A stretch of DNA of 64,000 bases. Source: an uncultured Clostridia bacterium (GTDB lineage Bacteria > Bacillota > Clostridia > Christensenellales > CAG-917). Where the stretch lies: NCBI GenBank assembly GCA_947305865.1, contig CAMZEU010000002.1, positions 1,019-65,018 on the forward strand, read 5' to 3'. The notes beneath the pieces were generated by a model. It saw nothing but the letters and a program-made list of their open reading frames with translations. It was not told the DNA's origin and ran no database searches. Positions 1 through 8,197 of the stretch are shown here, in pieces. Both the position numbers and the translations under genes were made by a program. Positions within the stretch are counted from its first letter, which is position 1; each line of letters starts with the position of its first letter.

Positions 1-446
1 TAATTAACAGCCAAGGCAACTATTATTTGCTTTGCAATCATAATAAGAAAACAAATCCAATTACGACATTTAGAGTAGACCTTATAAAAGAAATTGAAAT
101 GGAAGACAACCAATCAATACCTCTAAATTCATTTTTAGGGATGGAGGAATTTAATGTGGCACAATACCTTAATGAACATATCTATCCATTTGGAGGGGAA
201 GTGGTAAATGCTTCTATTGAAATTGTAAAAGAAAACACAATTCAATATGTTATAGATTGGTTTGGAAATAAGGCTTTCTTATCTAAGAGTGCAGACGGCA
301 ATATTATTGCTAATGTTCGTTGTGATGAAAGTGCACTATTTTATTGGCTTCTTCAATATGGGGAAGGTGTTAGATTATTATCACCACAAAAACTTAAAAA
401 CAAACTAGCCAAACATTATCAAGCACAAGCAGATATGTATAAGTAA
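1..446 (+). CDS. WYL-domain transcriptional regulator (YafY-like), C-terminal part; 5' end outside the window
   Basis: The frame is open from nt 3 (NSQGNYYLLCNHNKKTNPITTFRVDLIKEIEM). This matches the WYL-type motif: aromatic-Y-L, then F-R-[VL]-D-x-I. The usual C-terminal extension follows, ending GEGVRLLSPQKLKNKLAKHY. Stop TAA 444-446, then a hairpin terminator. Confidence 0.6.
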   Translation, partial: INSQGNYYLLCNHNKKTNPITTFRVDLIKEIEMEDNQSIPLNSFLGMEEFNVAQYLNEHIYPFGGEVVNASIEIVKENTIQYVIDWFGNKAFLSKSADGNIIANVRCDESALFYWLLQYGEGVRLLSPQKLKNKLAKHYQAQADMYK

Positions 447-480
447 AAAAAAATGGGAACCATAATGGTTCCCATTATTA
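445..480. terminator. bidirectional intrinsic terminator between convergent genes
   Basis: GGGAACC (455-461) - ATAAT - GGTTCCC (467-473). An A-run (445-453) lies on the left and ATTATTATTA on the right. This gives a clean U-tract for the minus-strand gene and a weaker one for the plus-strand gene. Confidence 0.6.
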
Positions 481-1326
481 TTAATTATTCGAACTTCCAC
501 CTCGGTTTCCCTGAACTTTCATTAGGATTTCGAGAATGAAGAGTAGGATACGTAAGACTGTGAGAATAAAGTCGCAGATATATGCTACTAAGTATGCCTT
601 TAAGATTCCAGCAATTTGTTCTTTTTCTTCCTCTGTGCAAACTTTACTTTCATCTATCATTTCTAATGCCATCTCGTTTGCTTTCTTTTCAACTGGGATA
701 TTTAATAATGTCGCAACAAAACCAACAGCAAGAATTGCTCCACTTACTGCTAATGAAGCAATGGAAATTGTTCCGTAGTGTTGGAATAAGATTAAGTCTA
801 CAACAGCACCAATAAGCATGATAGGTAAGAAGAGGAATGGTCCAAAGAGACCAATGAGTTGTAAGAAGTATCTTGCTTTTGCAGCTTTCATATCTCCTTC
901 ACATAGTTTTGCAACACCTACTTTTTGTAGTGCTATACCAACAGCTGTTAAAGAGTTCTTGTCTGCAATACGTCTTCTTAAGAATATTGTTTTTCTTAAT
1001 ACACTGTAACTGTTTCCAAATATCCACGCACGGATGAAACCGGATCTTTTAACTTCAATGTTTTGTAATCCACATCTATTTAATGCTTCTCTTGCTACAT
1101 CAAAACTGGATCTGCCAGTGGAAATAGCCACTTTATTATTCTTATAATATTTGCCACAAACTCTTATCCACATTATGAGACATATGATTCCCATAACAAG
1201 TACTAAACCAAGTACAACTAAATATGCTATGGCAAGTCCTTTAGAAATGCCTTGGTCTGTAAAGAAATGGATGAGCGCAGAAATTAAGTTTCTTGATTCC
1301 TCAGCTTCACTTAAAATGCTAATCAT
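481..1326 (-). CDS. YugP / Zn_peptidase_2-family membrane protein with a degenerate metal-binding motif
   Basis: 281-aa ORF. N-terminal TM segment, then SSFDVAREALNRCGLQNIEVK, NSLTAVGIALQKVGVAKL and C-terminal TM helices. These are colinear with my recollection of B. subtilis YugP (TGAQVARHILDENGL..., NSIASISVASHEVGHAIQ). The HExxH position reads LQKVG-V. Confidence 0.55.
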   Translation of the reverse strand: MISILSEAEESRNLISALIHFFTDQGISKGLAIAYLVVLGLVLVMGIICLIMWIRVCGKYYKNNKVAISTGRSSFDVAREALNRCGLQNIEVKRSGFIRAWIFGNSYSVLRKTIFLRRRIADKNSLTAVGIALQKVGVAKLCEGDMKAAKARYFLQLIGLFGPFLFLPIMLIGAVVDLILFQHYGTISIASLAVSGAILAVGFVATLLNIPVEKKANEMALEMIDESKVCTEEEKEQIAGILKAYLVAYICDFILTVLRILLFILEILMKVQGNRGGSSNN

Positions 1327-1671
1327 TTTTCTAATCTTCCTTTATTTAGTATGTGTAATTATTGCACGGAATTATATCGTTGGCAACAAATATTAATTGT
1401 AAAACACTATATATAATAAAAAATAGGTTATTTAACATATAAGATTCATTAAAATAATAAATGTATGTTGTGCTTTGCAAAAATTGTACCACAATATGTA
1501 GTGGTATAAGATTTCGTAAAATCATGGTTTTATGCAATATTTATTTATAATTATTCATCAATATACATACAATTTTTCCGTATTTCTAGTAATAAGTGGA
1601 GATATGAAAAATGTGACAAAAGTTTCAGTGTATTTTTACAAATTTTTACGGAACCACCAAAATTCCGTGAA

Positions 1672-1718
1672 ACACTAGATATTGTGGTTTCACAGAAAAA
1701 ATATTCAATATATAGCGT
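1672..1718 (+). promoter_or_regulatory. two NrdR-box-like 16-bp palindromes with centres 31 bp apart
   Basis: ACACTAGATATTGTGG (1672-1687) matches 14/16 positions of the published NrdR-box consensus acaCwAtATaTwGtgt. ATTCAATATATAGCGT (1703-1718) matches 13/16. The 31-bp centre-to-centre spacing equals the typical tandem NrdR-box spacing. The pair lies just upstream of the nrdD promoter. Confidence 0.5.
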
Positions 1719-1726
1719 TTTTTGTG

Positions 1727-1755
1727 TTGACACCCTATATATCCTTTGTTATAAT
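1727..1755 (+). promoter_or_regulatory. sigma-A type promoter of the nrdD operon
   Basis: TTGACA (1727-1732), 17-nt spacer, TATAAT (1750-1755). SD AAGGAG lies upstream of the ATG at 1793. Confidence 0.6.
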
Positions 1756-1792
1756 CACATTGCAAAGATTCAAAAGATAAGGAGAAATTATT

Positions 1793-4168
1793 ATGTATCA
1801 AGTTAAGAAAAGAGACGGTTCAGTAGTAGAATTTAACATTGAAAAAATCGAAACAGCTATCAGAAAAGCATTCGATGCAATGAACAAAATGTATAACAAA
1901 AACATCCTCGAGATGTTAGCATTAAGAGTAACAGCAGAATTTTCCAGCAAAGTTAAGGACGAAATTATCACAGTTGAAGACATTCAAGATGCAGTTGAAG
2001 TTGTATTAATTCAAGCTGGTTATGTAGATGTTGCAAAGGCATATATCGTATATCGTAAGCAACATGAAAAAATCCGTAACATCAAAGACACAATCGTTGA
2101 CTACAAGAAGACAGTTGAAAAGTATTTGAAAGTTGATGACTGGAGAGTTAAAGAGAACAGTACAGTTACATATTCAGTTGGTGGTTTAATTCTTTCCAAC
2201 TCCGGTGCTGTAACAGCAAACTACTGGTTAAGTGAAATTTATGATGATGAAATCGGTGATGCACACAGAAATTGTGATATTCACCTTCATGATTTATCAA
2301 TGCTCACAGGTTATTGTGCAGGTTGGTCATTAAAGCAATTAATTAAAGATGGTCTTGGCGGTATTCCAGGAAAGATTACATCTGCACCAGCTTCACACTT
2401 AAGCACACTCTGTAACCAAATGGTTAACTTCCTTGGTATCATGCAAAATGAATGGGCAGGTGCTCAAGCTTTCTCTTCATTTGATACATATCTCGCTCCT
2501 TTTGTAAAGGCAGATCACCTCACATATAAAGAAGTTAAACAATGTATCCAATCATTCATCTATGGTGTTAATACACCATCCAGATGGGGTACACAAGCTC
2601 CATTCACAAACATCACATTAGACTGGACAGTACCAAATGACTTAGCAGAACTCAACGCAATCGTTGGTGGCAAGGAAATGGACTTCAAGTATAAAGACTG
2701 TGTTGAAGAAATGAAGATGGTTAACAAGGCATTCATCGAAATCATGATCGAAGGTGATGCAAACGGCAGAGGATTCCAATATCCAATCCCAACATATTCA
2801 ATCACAAGAGACTTTGACTGGTCTGAAACAGAAAACAACAAGTTATTATTCACAATGACAGCAAAATATGGTACACCATACTTCAGCAACTATGTAAACT
2901 CTGATATGGAACCAAGTGACGTAAGATCAATGTGCTGCCGTTTAAGATTAGACTTAAGAGAATTAAGAAAGAAGAGTGGTGGATTCTTCGGTTCTGGTGA
3001 AAGCACAGGTTCAATCGGTGTTGTTACAATCAATATGCCAAGAATAGCATACCTCAGCAAGACAGAAGATGAATTCTATCAAAGATTAGATAAAATAATG
3101 GATATCGCAGCTCGTTCCTTAAAGATTAAGAGAGATGCAGTAACAAAGTTCTTAGACAATGGCTTATATCCATACACAAAGCACTATCTCGGAACATTCA
3201 ACAACCACTTCTCAACAATTGGTTTAGTTGGTATGAACGAAACATGCTTAAATGCTGCATGGGTCAGAGAAGACTTAACTCATGAAAAGGCACAAGAATT
3301 CACAAAGGATGTTCTTAACCACATGAGAAATCGTTTAAGTGACTATCAAGAGCAATATGGTGACCTTTACAACTTAGAAGCAACACCTGCAGAATCAACA
3401 GCATATCGTCTTGCAAAGCACGATAAAGAGATGTATCCAAATATCATCACAGCAGCTGGTGCAGATTGCAAAGAACCATATTATACAAACAGCTCACACC
3501 TTCCAGTAGGATACACAGAAGATATCTTCAAGGCATTAGACATCCAAGATGAACTTCAAACACTTTATACCTCTGGTACAGTATTCCATGCCTTCCTTGG
3601 TCAAAGATTATCAACATGGAAACAAGCTGCAGATATCGTAAAGAAGATTGCTAACAACTACAGATTACCATACTATACATTAAGCCCAACATATTCTGTT
3701 TGCCAAGAACACGGATATATCGAAGGTGAACAATATACATGTCCAAAGTGTGGAAAGACAACAGAAGTTTACAGCCGTATTACTGGATACTATCGTCCTG
3801 TACAAAACTGGAACGAAGGTAAACTTGCTGAATTCGAAGCAAGAAGAGAATATGATTTAGCAGCATCTACAAGACCAGCACACTCAGTTAAAGTAGAAAA
3901 AGCTGAAGATGCAACAGCGGTTGAATTTGCAAATACAGATATCCTTCTATTCGCTACAAAGACATGTCCAAACTGCAAGATGAGCAAGATGATGCTTGAT
4001 AAAGCAGGAATCGCTTACAAAGTAATCGATGCAGAAGAAGAAAAGCAAACAACACTTAAGTTCGGTGTACGTAAAGCTCCAACAATGTTTGTACCAAACG
4101 CAGCTGGAACATACGACAAATTCGAAAATGCAAGTGAAATTAAACGTTACATTGAATCTGTAAAATAA
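1793..4168 (+). CDS. nrdD: anaerobic (class III) ribonucleoside-triphosphate reductase with a fused C-terminal glutaredoxin/NrdH-like thioredoxin-fold domain
   Basis: 791 aa. N-terminal ATP-cone-like region (VKKRDGSVVEFNIEKIETAIRKA). Glycyl-radical motif SRITGYYRPVQNWNEGK. Zn-site region CQEHGY...CPKCG. The C-terminal ~80 aa read ILLFATKTCPNCKMSKMMLDKAGIAYKVIDAEEE...APTMFVP, with CPNC at 3965-3976. Confidence 0.9.
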   Translation: MYQVKKRDGSVVEFNIEKIETAIRKAFDAMNKMYNKNILEMLALRVTAEFSSKVKDEIITVEDIQDAVEVVLIQAGYVDVAKAYIVYRKQHEKIRNIKDTIVDYKKTVEKYLKVDDWRVKENSTVTYSVGGLILSNSGAVTANYWLSEIYDDEIGDAHRNCDIHLHDLSMLTGYCAGWSLKQLIKDGLGGIPGKITSAPASHLSTLCNQMVNFLGIMQNEWAGAQAFSSFDTYLAPFVKADHLTYKEVKQCIQSFIYGVNTPSRWGTQAPFTNITLDWTVPNDLAELNAIVGGKEMDFKYKDCVEEMKMVNKAFIEIMIEGDANGRGFQYPIPTYSITRDFDWSETENNKLLFTMTAKYGTPYFSNYVNSDMEPSDVRSMCCRLRLDLRELRKKSGGFFGSGESTGSIGVVTINMPRIAYLSKTEDEFYQRLDKIMDIAARSLKIKRDAVTKFLDNGLYPYTKHYLGTFNNHFSTIGLVGMNETCLNAAWVREDLTHEKAQEFTKDVLNHMRNRLSDYQEQYGDLYNLEATPAESTAYRLAKHDKEMYPNIITAAGADCKEPYYTNSSHLPVGYTEDIFKALDIQDELQTLYTSGTVFHAFLGQRLSTWKQAADIVKKIANNYRLPYYTLSPTYSVCQEHGYIEGEQYTCPKCGKTTEVYSRITGYYRPVQNWNEGKLAEFEARREYDLAASTRPAHSVKVEKAEDATAVEFANTDILLFATKTCPNCKMSKMMLDKAGIAYKVIDAEEEKQTTLKFGVRKAPTMFVPNAAGTYDKFENASEIKRYIESVK

Positions 4169-4184
4169 TTTAAAAACAGTTATG

Positions 4185-4222
4185 GCTGCGGTAGGTTTAT
4201 TCTAGGCTTATCGCAGCTTTTT
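4185..4222 (+). terminator. weak hairpin plus T-run between nrdD and trxB (possible partial terminator or processing site)
   Basis: GCTGCG (4185-4190) pairs with CGCAGC (4212-4217) across a long loop, followed by TTTTT (4218-4222). Confidence 0.3.
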
Positions 4223-4244
4223 ATATATATTAGGGAGTGAGAAC

Positions 4245-5159
4245 ATGGTAGATATTATTGTTATTGGAGCAGGTGCTTCTGGTATGACAGCAGCATTATA
4301 TGCATTAAGAAATGGCAAAAGTGTTTTAGTTTTAGAACAAGAAACAGTTGGTGGACAAATAGCTAACTCCCCAAGAGTAGAAAACTTCCCATCCATTAAG
4401 GAAATTAGTGGCAGTGATTTCTCAGATAAATTATTTGAACAAATCACAAACCTTGGTGCAGACTTTGAATTGGAAAAAGTAGAGAAAGTTACAAAAGATG
4501 AAGATGGATTCTTTACAGTAACAACAGAGTATGGCGATAGAAGATCCAAGGCAGTTATTATAGCAGTAGGTGTAAAACACAGACATACTGGTGTAGCAGG
4601 CGAAGAAGAACTCATTGGAAATGGTGTTAGCTATTGTGCACTTTGTGATGGTGCTTTCTATACAGGTGAAGATATTGCTCTCATTGGAGATGCAAACACA
4701 GCACTTCAATATGCATTATTACTTGCTAATAAATGTAATAGTGTTACAGTCTTTACACTCTTTGATAAATTCTTTGCAGAGAATTATCTTGTAAAGGCAT
4801 TAAAAGAAAGAGAAAACATTAAGTATTACCACAACCGTGAATTACAAGCATTCGAATCTGAAAATGGTTCTTTAACAGGACTTGTATTCAAGAATAAGGA
4901 TGATGGTTCAATTATAAATTTCAAGACAAAGGGTGTATTTATTGCAATAGGACAAGTTCCAGATAACAAGAAATTTGAAAACGTTGTAGACTTAGATAGA
5001 GCAGGATACATCATTTCAGATGAAACTTGTACAACAAAGACTCCAGGCTTATTCGTTGCTGGAGATTGCAGAACCAAGAAGATTCGCCAATTAACAACAG
5101 CTTGTGGAGATGGCGCAGTTGCAGCAACAGCAGCATCCACATATGTAGATACATTATGA
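4245..5159 (+). CDS. trxB: thioredoxin-disulfide reductase-like flavoprotein
   Basis: 304 aa. FAD-binding motif VIGAGASGMTAALYA, redox-active CALCDG (CxxC), second dinucleotide fold LIGDANTALQYA, C-terminal GLFVAGDC. The stop overlaps the nrdG start (ATGA at 5156-5159). Confidence 0.85.
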   Translation: MVDIIVIGAGASGMTAALYALRNGKSVLVLEQETVGGQIANSPRVENFPSIKEISGSDFSDKLFEQITNLGADFELEKVEKVTKDEDGFFTVTTEYGDRRSKAVIIAVGVKHRHTGVAGEEELIGNGVSYCALCDGAFYTGEDIALIGDANTALQYALLLANKCNSVTVFTLFDKFFAENYLVKALKERENIKYYHNRELQAFESENGSLTGLVFKNKDDGSIINFKTKGVFIAIGQVPDNKKFENVVDLDRAGYIISDETCTTKTPGLFVAGDCRTKKIRQLTTACGDGAVAATAASTYVDTL

Positions 5160-5848
5160 AAATTTACGGCATAGAAAAAGTATCATTCGTAGATTATGAC
5201 GGTTACACCTCCTGTATATTATTTACAGGAGCTTGTAATTTTTGCTGTCCTTTCTGCCAGAATGGTGCTTTGGTTGTTGGAGAACTTCCAGAACCTATTT
5301 CAGAGAAAGAAATAGAGGATTACCTTGAAAAGAGAAAAAATGTCTTAGATGCAGTTGTAATAAGTGGAGGAGAACCAACTATTCATAAGGATTTGCCAGA
5401 TTATATTAGGTATCTTAAACAAAAGTTTAATTATAAAATTAAATTAGACACAAATGGTTCTAATCCTAAAATGCTTAAAGAATTAGTTGAAAATAAACTA
5501 ATAGATTATGTGGCAATGGATGTTAAGAACTCATTAGATGATTATGACATCACAATTGGCATAGAGAATTATGATACTTCCAAAGTGAAAGAGTCTATAG
5601 ACTATTTATTAGAAGGACATGTGGATTACGAATTCAGAACAACTTTAATATATGAAGCACATTCAGAAAAGAATATTAAAGAGATTGCAAAACTTATAAA
5701 AGGTGCAAAAAGATATTATCTCCAAAAGTTTGATGACAAAGGTGGAAATATTGCAGAAGGGTTAACTCAAATACCACGTAAAACTGCAGAAGAATTTCTA
5801 GAAATCATTAAACCAAATGTTGGAAGTGTTGAATTGAGAGGATATTAA
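5156..5848 (+). CDS. nrdG: anaerobic ribonucleotide reductase activating protein (radical SAM)
   Basis: MKIYGIEKVSFVDYDGYTSCILFTGACNFCCPFCQN, with CxxxCxxC-type radical SAM cysteines, and GGEPT. The start was chosen at the ATGA overlap with trxB. The longer ORF-track start at 5027 lies inside trxB. Confidence 0.9.
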   Translation: MKIYGIEKVSFVDYDGYTSCILFTGACNFCCPFCQNGALVVGELPEPISEKEIEDYLEKRKNVLDAVVISGGEPTIHKDLPDYIRYLKQKFNYKIKLDTNGSNPKMLKELVENKLIDYVAMDVKNSLDDYDITIGIENYDTSKVKESIDYLLEGHVDYEFRTTLIYEAHSEKNIKEIAKLIKGAKRYYLQKFDDKGGNIAEGLTQIPRKTAEEFLEIIKPNVGSVELRGY

Positions 5849-5868
5849 TCCTCTTAATTAATGTAGAG

Positions 5869-5897
5869 TTGATAAAATCGTGGGTTAATGGTATTAT
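5869..5897 (+). promoter_or_regulatory. promoter placed to start transcription at the ATG of the next gene (candidate leaderless mRNA)
   Basis: TTGATA (5869-5874), 17-nt spacer, extended -10 TGgTATTAT (5889-5897). Exactly 6 nt separate the -10 hexamer from the A of the ATG at 5904. No SD-like purine run in between (AAACGC). Confidence 0.45.
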
Positions 5898-5903
5898 AAA
5901 CGC

Positions 5904-6629
5904 ATGGAATACAATGGCGAAGGAATAGAAGCATTAGTTGCAGTTATAGAGCAAATGAAAAGAGATAGTATTATCTTTGTAGATAAGAAAGTTAAATCTC
6001 TTTTGAAACTCCTTGCATACTATGATGAATTTAAGAGGGTACTAACAATTGTATCCAGACATTTCAATTATTTCGAAGAAAAGAGAAAGGCTTTAATTAC
6101 TGTTAATGGCAGAGATTTCTTTAGGGCTCCAGGTGGAGATAAAGAACTTGTTGCTTTTGTCTTTAATCTTTTACTTGAATTTGACGAAAGAACAGAAGAT
6201 ATAATCTCATTCTCTTGCAAGTATTATCCAAGTGCATCTCAACAAGAAAGTGTAAATAAGTTCGTTAACGAAGTTATGGATCCATTTAAGATGTCACTTG
6301 CCAACTTAGTAGTTAATGGAATTGAGGAAGATAATTTTGCAGAAGATGGTAGAACTGTTGCATTTGCTTCTAATGGTATTTATGAACAAACAGAAGATAT
6401 CATCCTTTCTATGGTTAACGAGATTTCAGCAGCATCTATGACTGAGGCAGATAGGGATGATTTATTATTAATGCTTGAAGGTCTTGCAAATGCATTAGAC
6501 TCAAGAGACATTTTAATGATTCGTGCTATTTGGTGTGGTCTTAAGAAAGAACTGGAGAGAAAGAGCCTTTGTAAAGTTCAAATCGTTAAGATAGAAGAAC
6601 AAATGAAATTGTACCTAGTACTAAAATAA
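5904..6629 (+). CDS. hypothetical protein (acidic, probably helical)
   Basis: 241-aa ORF with host-like codon usage, followed by a clean terminator. No motif I recognise. Confidence 0.6.
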   Translation: MEYNGEGIEALVAVIEQMKRDSIIFVDKKVKSLLKLLAYYDEFKRVLTIVSRHFNYFEEKRKALITVNGRDFFRAPGGDKELVAFVFNLLLEFDERTEDIISFSCKYYPSASQQESVNKFVNEVMDPFKMSLANLVVNGIEEDNFAEDGRTVAFASNGIYEQTEDIILSMVNEISAASMTEADRDDLLLMLEGLANALDSRDILMIRAIWCGLKKELERKSLCKVQIVKIEEQMKLYLVLK

Positions 6630-6653
6630 ACAAAGAATAAATTAAGAGATAAA

Positions 6654-6684
6654 ATCTCCAAGTTAATCTTGGGGATTTTTTTTT
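6654..6684 (+). terminator. intrinsic terminator
   Basis: ATCTCCAAG (6654-6662) - TTAAT - CTTGGGGAT (6668-6676), followed by a T-run (6677-6684). Confidence 0.7.
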
Positions 6685-6742
6685 AAAGTGTTTTGATAGT
6701 AATAATATATGTGTTATACTCTTGCTTGTTTGGCAGGAAAAT

Positions 6743-8197
6743 ATGGAACTAGAAAGAAAAAACAATTTATTATCTAAACTTATAGGCGACAAAGCCTTTT
6801 ATAAGATGGTATTTGCTGTAGCAGTACCTATTTTAATTCAAAACGTAATTACCAATTTCGTTGCACTTTTGGATAATATTATGGTTGGTAGAGTTGGTAC
6901 CGAAGAGATGTCGGGTGTATCAATCGCCAATATTCTTCTTTTCGTATTTAACCTTGCTATATTTGGAGCAACATCTGGAGTAGGCATCTTTACAGCTCAA
7001 TACTTTGGTTCTAAAAACGAAATAGGTATGAAACACTCAATTCGTTTCTCAATGTATTGGGGTTTAGCATTATTGGTTGCAAGTATTTTAATATTTGGTG
7101 GTGCAGGAAAAGCTTTAATAAACTTATATCTTCATGATACAGGAACAATAGGAGATGCAGAAGCAACTCTAGGATTTGGAACAAGTTATCTATCGTTAAT
7201 GGTAATAGGCCTTCCTGCTTTTGTTGTGTCTCAGGTATATGCTGGAACCGTAAGAAGTGCACAAAGGACAATGCCTCCAATGGTTGCAGGTTTGTGTGCA
7301 GTAGCAGTTAACTTAGTATTAAACTATGTGTTGATTTATGGTAAATGGGGTGCCCCTGAATTAGGTGTAGACGGTGCTGCTATAGCGACAGTTGTTTCAA
7401 GATATGTTGAGGCAATAATTATTGTTATTTGGTGCCATGTATCTAAAAAGATGCCATATTTCAAGGGTGTATGGAGAACTTTAAAAGTCCCACTTGAAGA
7501 ATGTAAGGCATATATTAAAAGAGGAACTCCAGTATTTATTAATGAGGTTTTGTGGTCTCTTGGAATATCTATGATAGCGCAATGTTATTCTGTTAGAGGA
7601 TTAGTAGTAGTTGCTGCTTTGAATATTCAAAGCACTATTAATAATCTTTTTGCATCAGGTTATTTAACTATGGGTGTTGCTACAGGTATTATTGTTGGAA
7701 ATATCCTTGGTTCTGGAGATATGGAAAAAGCAAGAGATTCTTCTAGAAAGCTTATGGCATTCTCAGCAACGCTTGGTGTTTTATTAACAGGTTTGTATAT
7801 AGGTCTAGCATTTGTATTCCCAAGTTTATATAACACATCAGATGATGCAAAAGAACTAGCAAAATATATTATGATTGTTGCAGCATGTTTTGTGCCATTA
7901 GAGTCAATTATCAACTGTGCTTATTTTACAATTCGTGCTGGTGGAAGAACTTTGATTACATTCCTCTTTGATAGTTTCTATACTTGGGTTATCCCAGTAC
8001 CTGTTGCAATTATAATTTCGAGATTAACAAATTTAGATATAATTTGGATGTATTTAACCATCCAGTGTTTGGAAATAATTAAAATGACTGTAGGATTTAT
8101 AATCTTACGTTCTGGTATTTGGTGTAAGAAGTTCGTTAAAGACGGAACTGCTATAGAGGAAACCGAACAAACAATAGAGATGAAAGAGGAAGGTTAG
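6743..8197 (+). CDS. MATE family efflux transporter
   Basis: About 12 predicted TM helices. N-terminal signature FYKMVFAVAVPILIQNVITNFVALLDNIMVGRVGTEEMSGVSIAN is typical of MATE/NorM-like proteins. ATG 6743 is preferred over the TTG at 6722. Confidence 0.85.
   Translation: MELERKNNLLSKLIGDKAFYKMVFAVAVPILIQNVITNFVALLDNIMVGRVGTEEMSGVSIANILLFVFNLAIFGATSGVGIFTAQYFGSKNEIGMKHSIRFSMYWGLALLVASILIFGGAGKALINLYLHDTGTIGDAEATLGFGTSYLSLMVIGLPAFVVSQVYAGTVRSAQRTMPPMVAGLCAVAVNLVLNYVLIYGKWGAPELGVDGAAIATVVSRYVEAIIIVIWCHVSKKMPYFKGVWRTLKVPLEECKAYIKRGTPVFINEVLWSLGISMIAQCYSVRGLVVVAALNIQSTINNLFASGYLTMGVATGIIVGNILGSGDMEKARDSSRKLMAFSATLGVLLTGLYIGLAFVFPSLYNTSDDAKELAKYIMIVAACFVPLESIINCAYFTIRAGGRTLITFLFDSFYTWVIPVPVAIIISRLTNLDIIWMYLTIQCLEIIKMTVGFIILRSGIWCKKFVKDGTAIEETEQTIEMKEEG

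Noticed and set aside
536-1396. Plus-strand ORFs 536-778, 582-815, 818-1009 and 1151-1396.
   Set aside because: They are antisense to the 281-aa YugP-like gene, which has clear family-like sequence. They have no SD and give low-complexity translations.
1346-1733. Minus-strand small ORFs 1346-1537 and 1551-1733 in the AT-rich intergenic region.
   Set aside because: The translations are Ile/Phe/Tyr/Asn-rich, as expected for AT-rich non-coding DNA. The second ORF overlaps the NrdR-box-like sites and the nrdD promoter region.
1730-1745. A third NrdR-like site, ACACCCTATATATCCT, overlapping the nrdD -35/-10 spacer.
   Set aside because: Only about 11/16 positions match the consensus, only the left half-site is good, and the spacing to box 2 is 27 bp rather than 31-32 bp.
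5027-5155. Upstream extension of nrdG to the ORF-track start at 5027.
   Set aside because: The extension lies wholly inside trxB in another frame. The conserved NrdG N-terminus begins at the ATG of the ATGA overlap (5156).
8194-8197. Convergent genes whose stop codons overlap (MATE / PP2C gene at 8194-8197, and again at 20419-20422) with no terminator between them.
   Set aside because: The overlap is real, but it is a common consequence of genome compaction. I see no evidence of a specific regulatory role.
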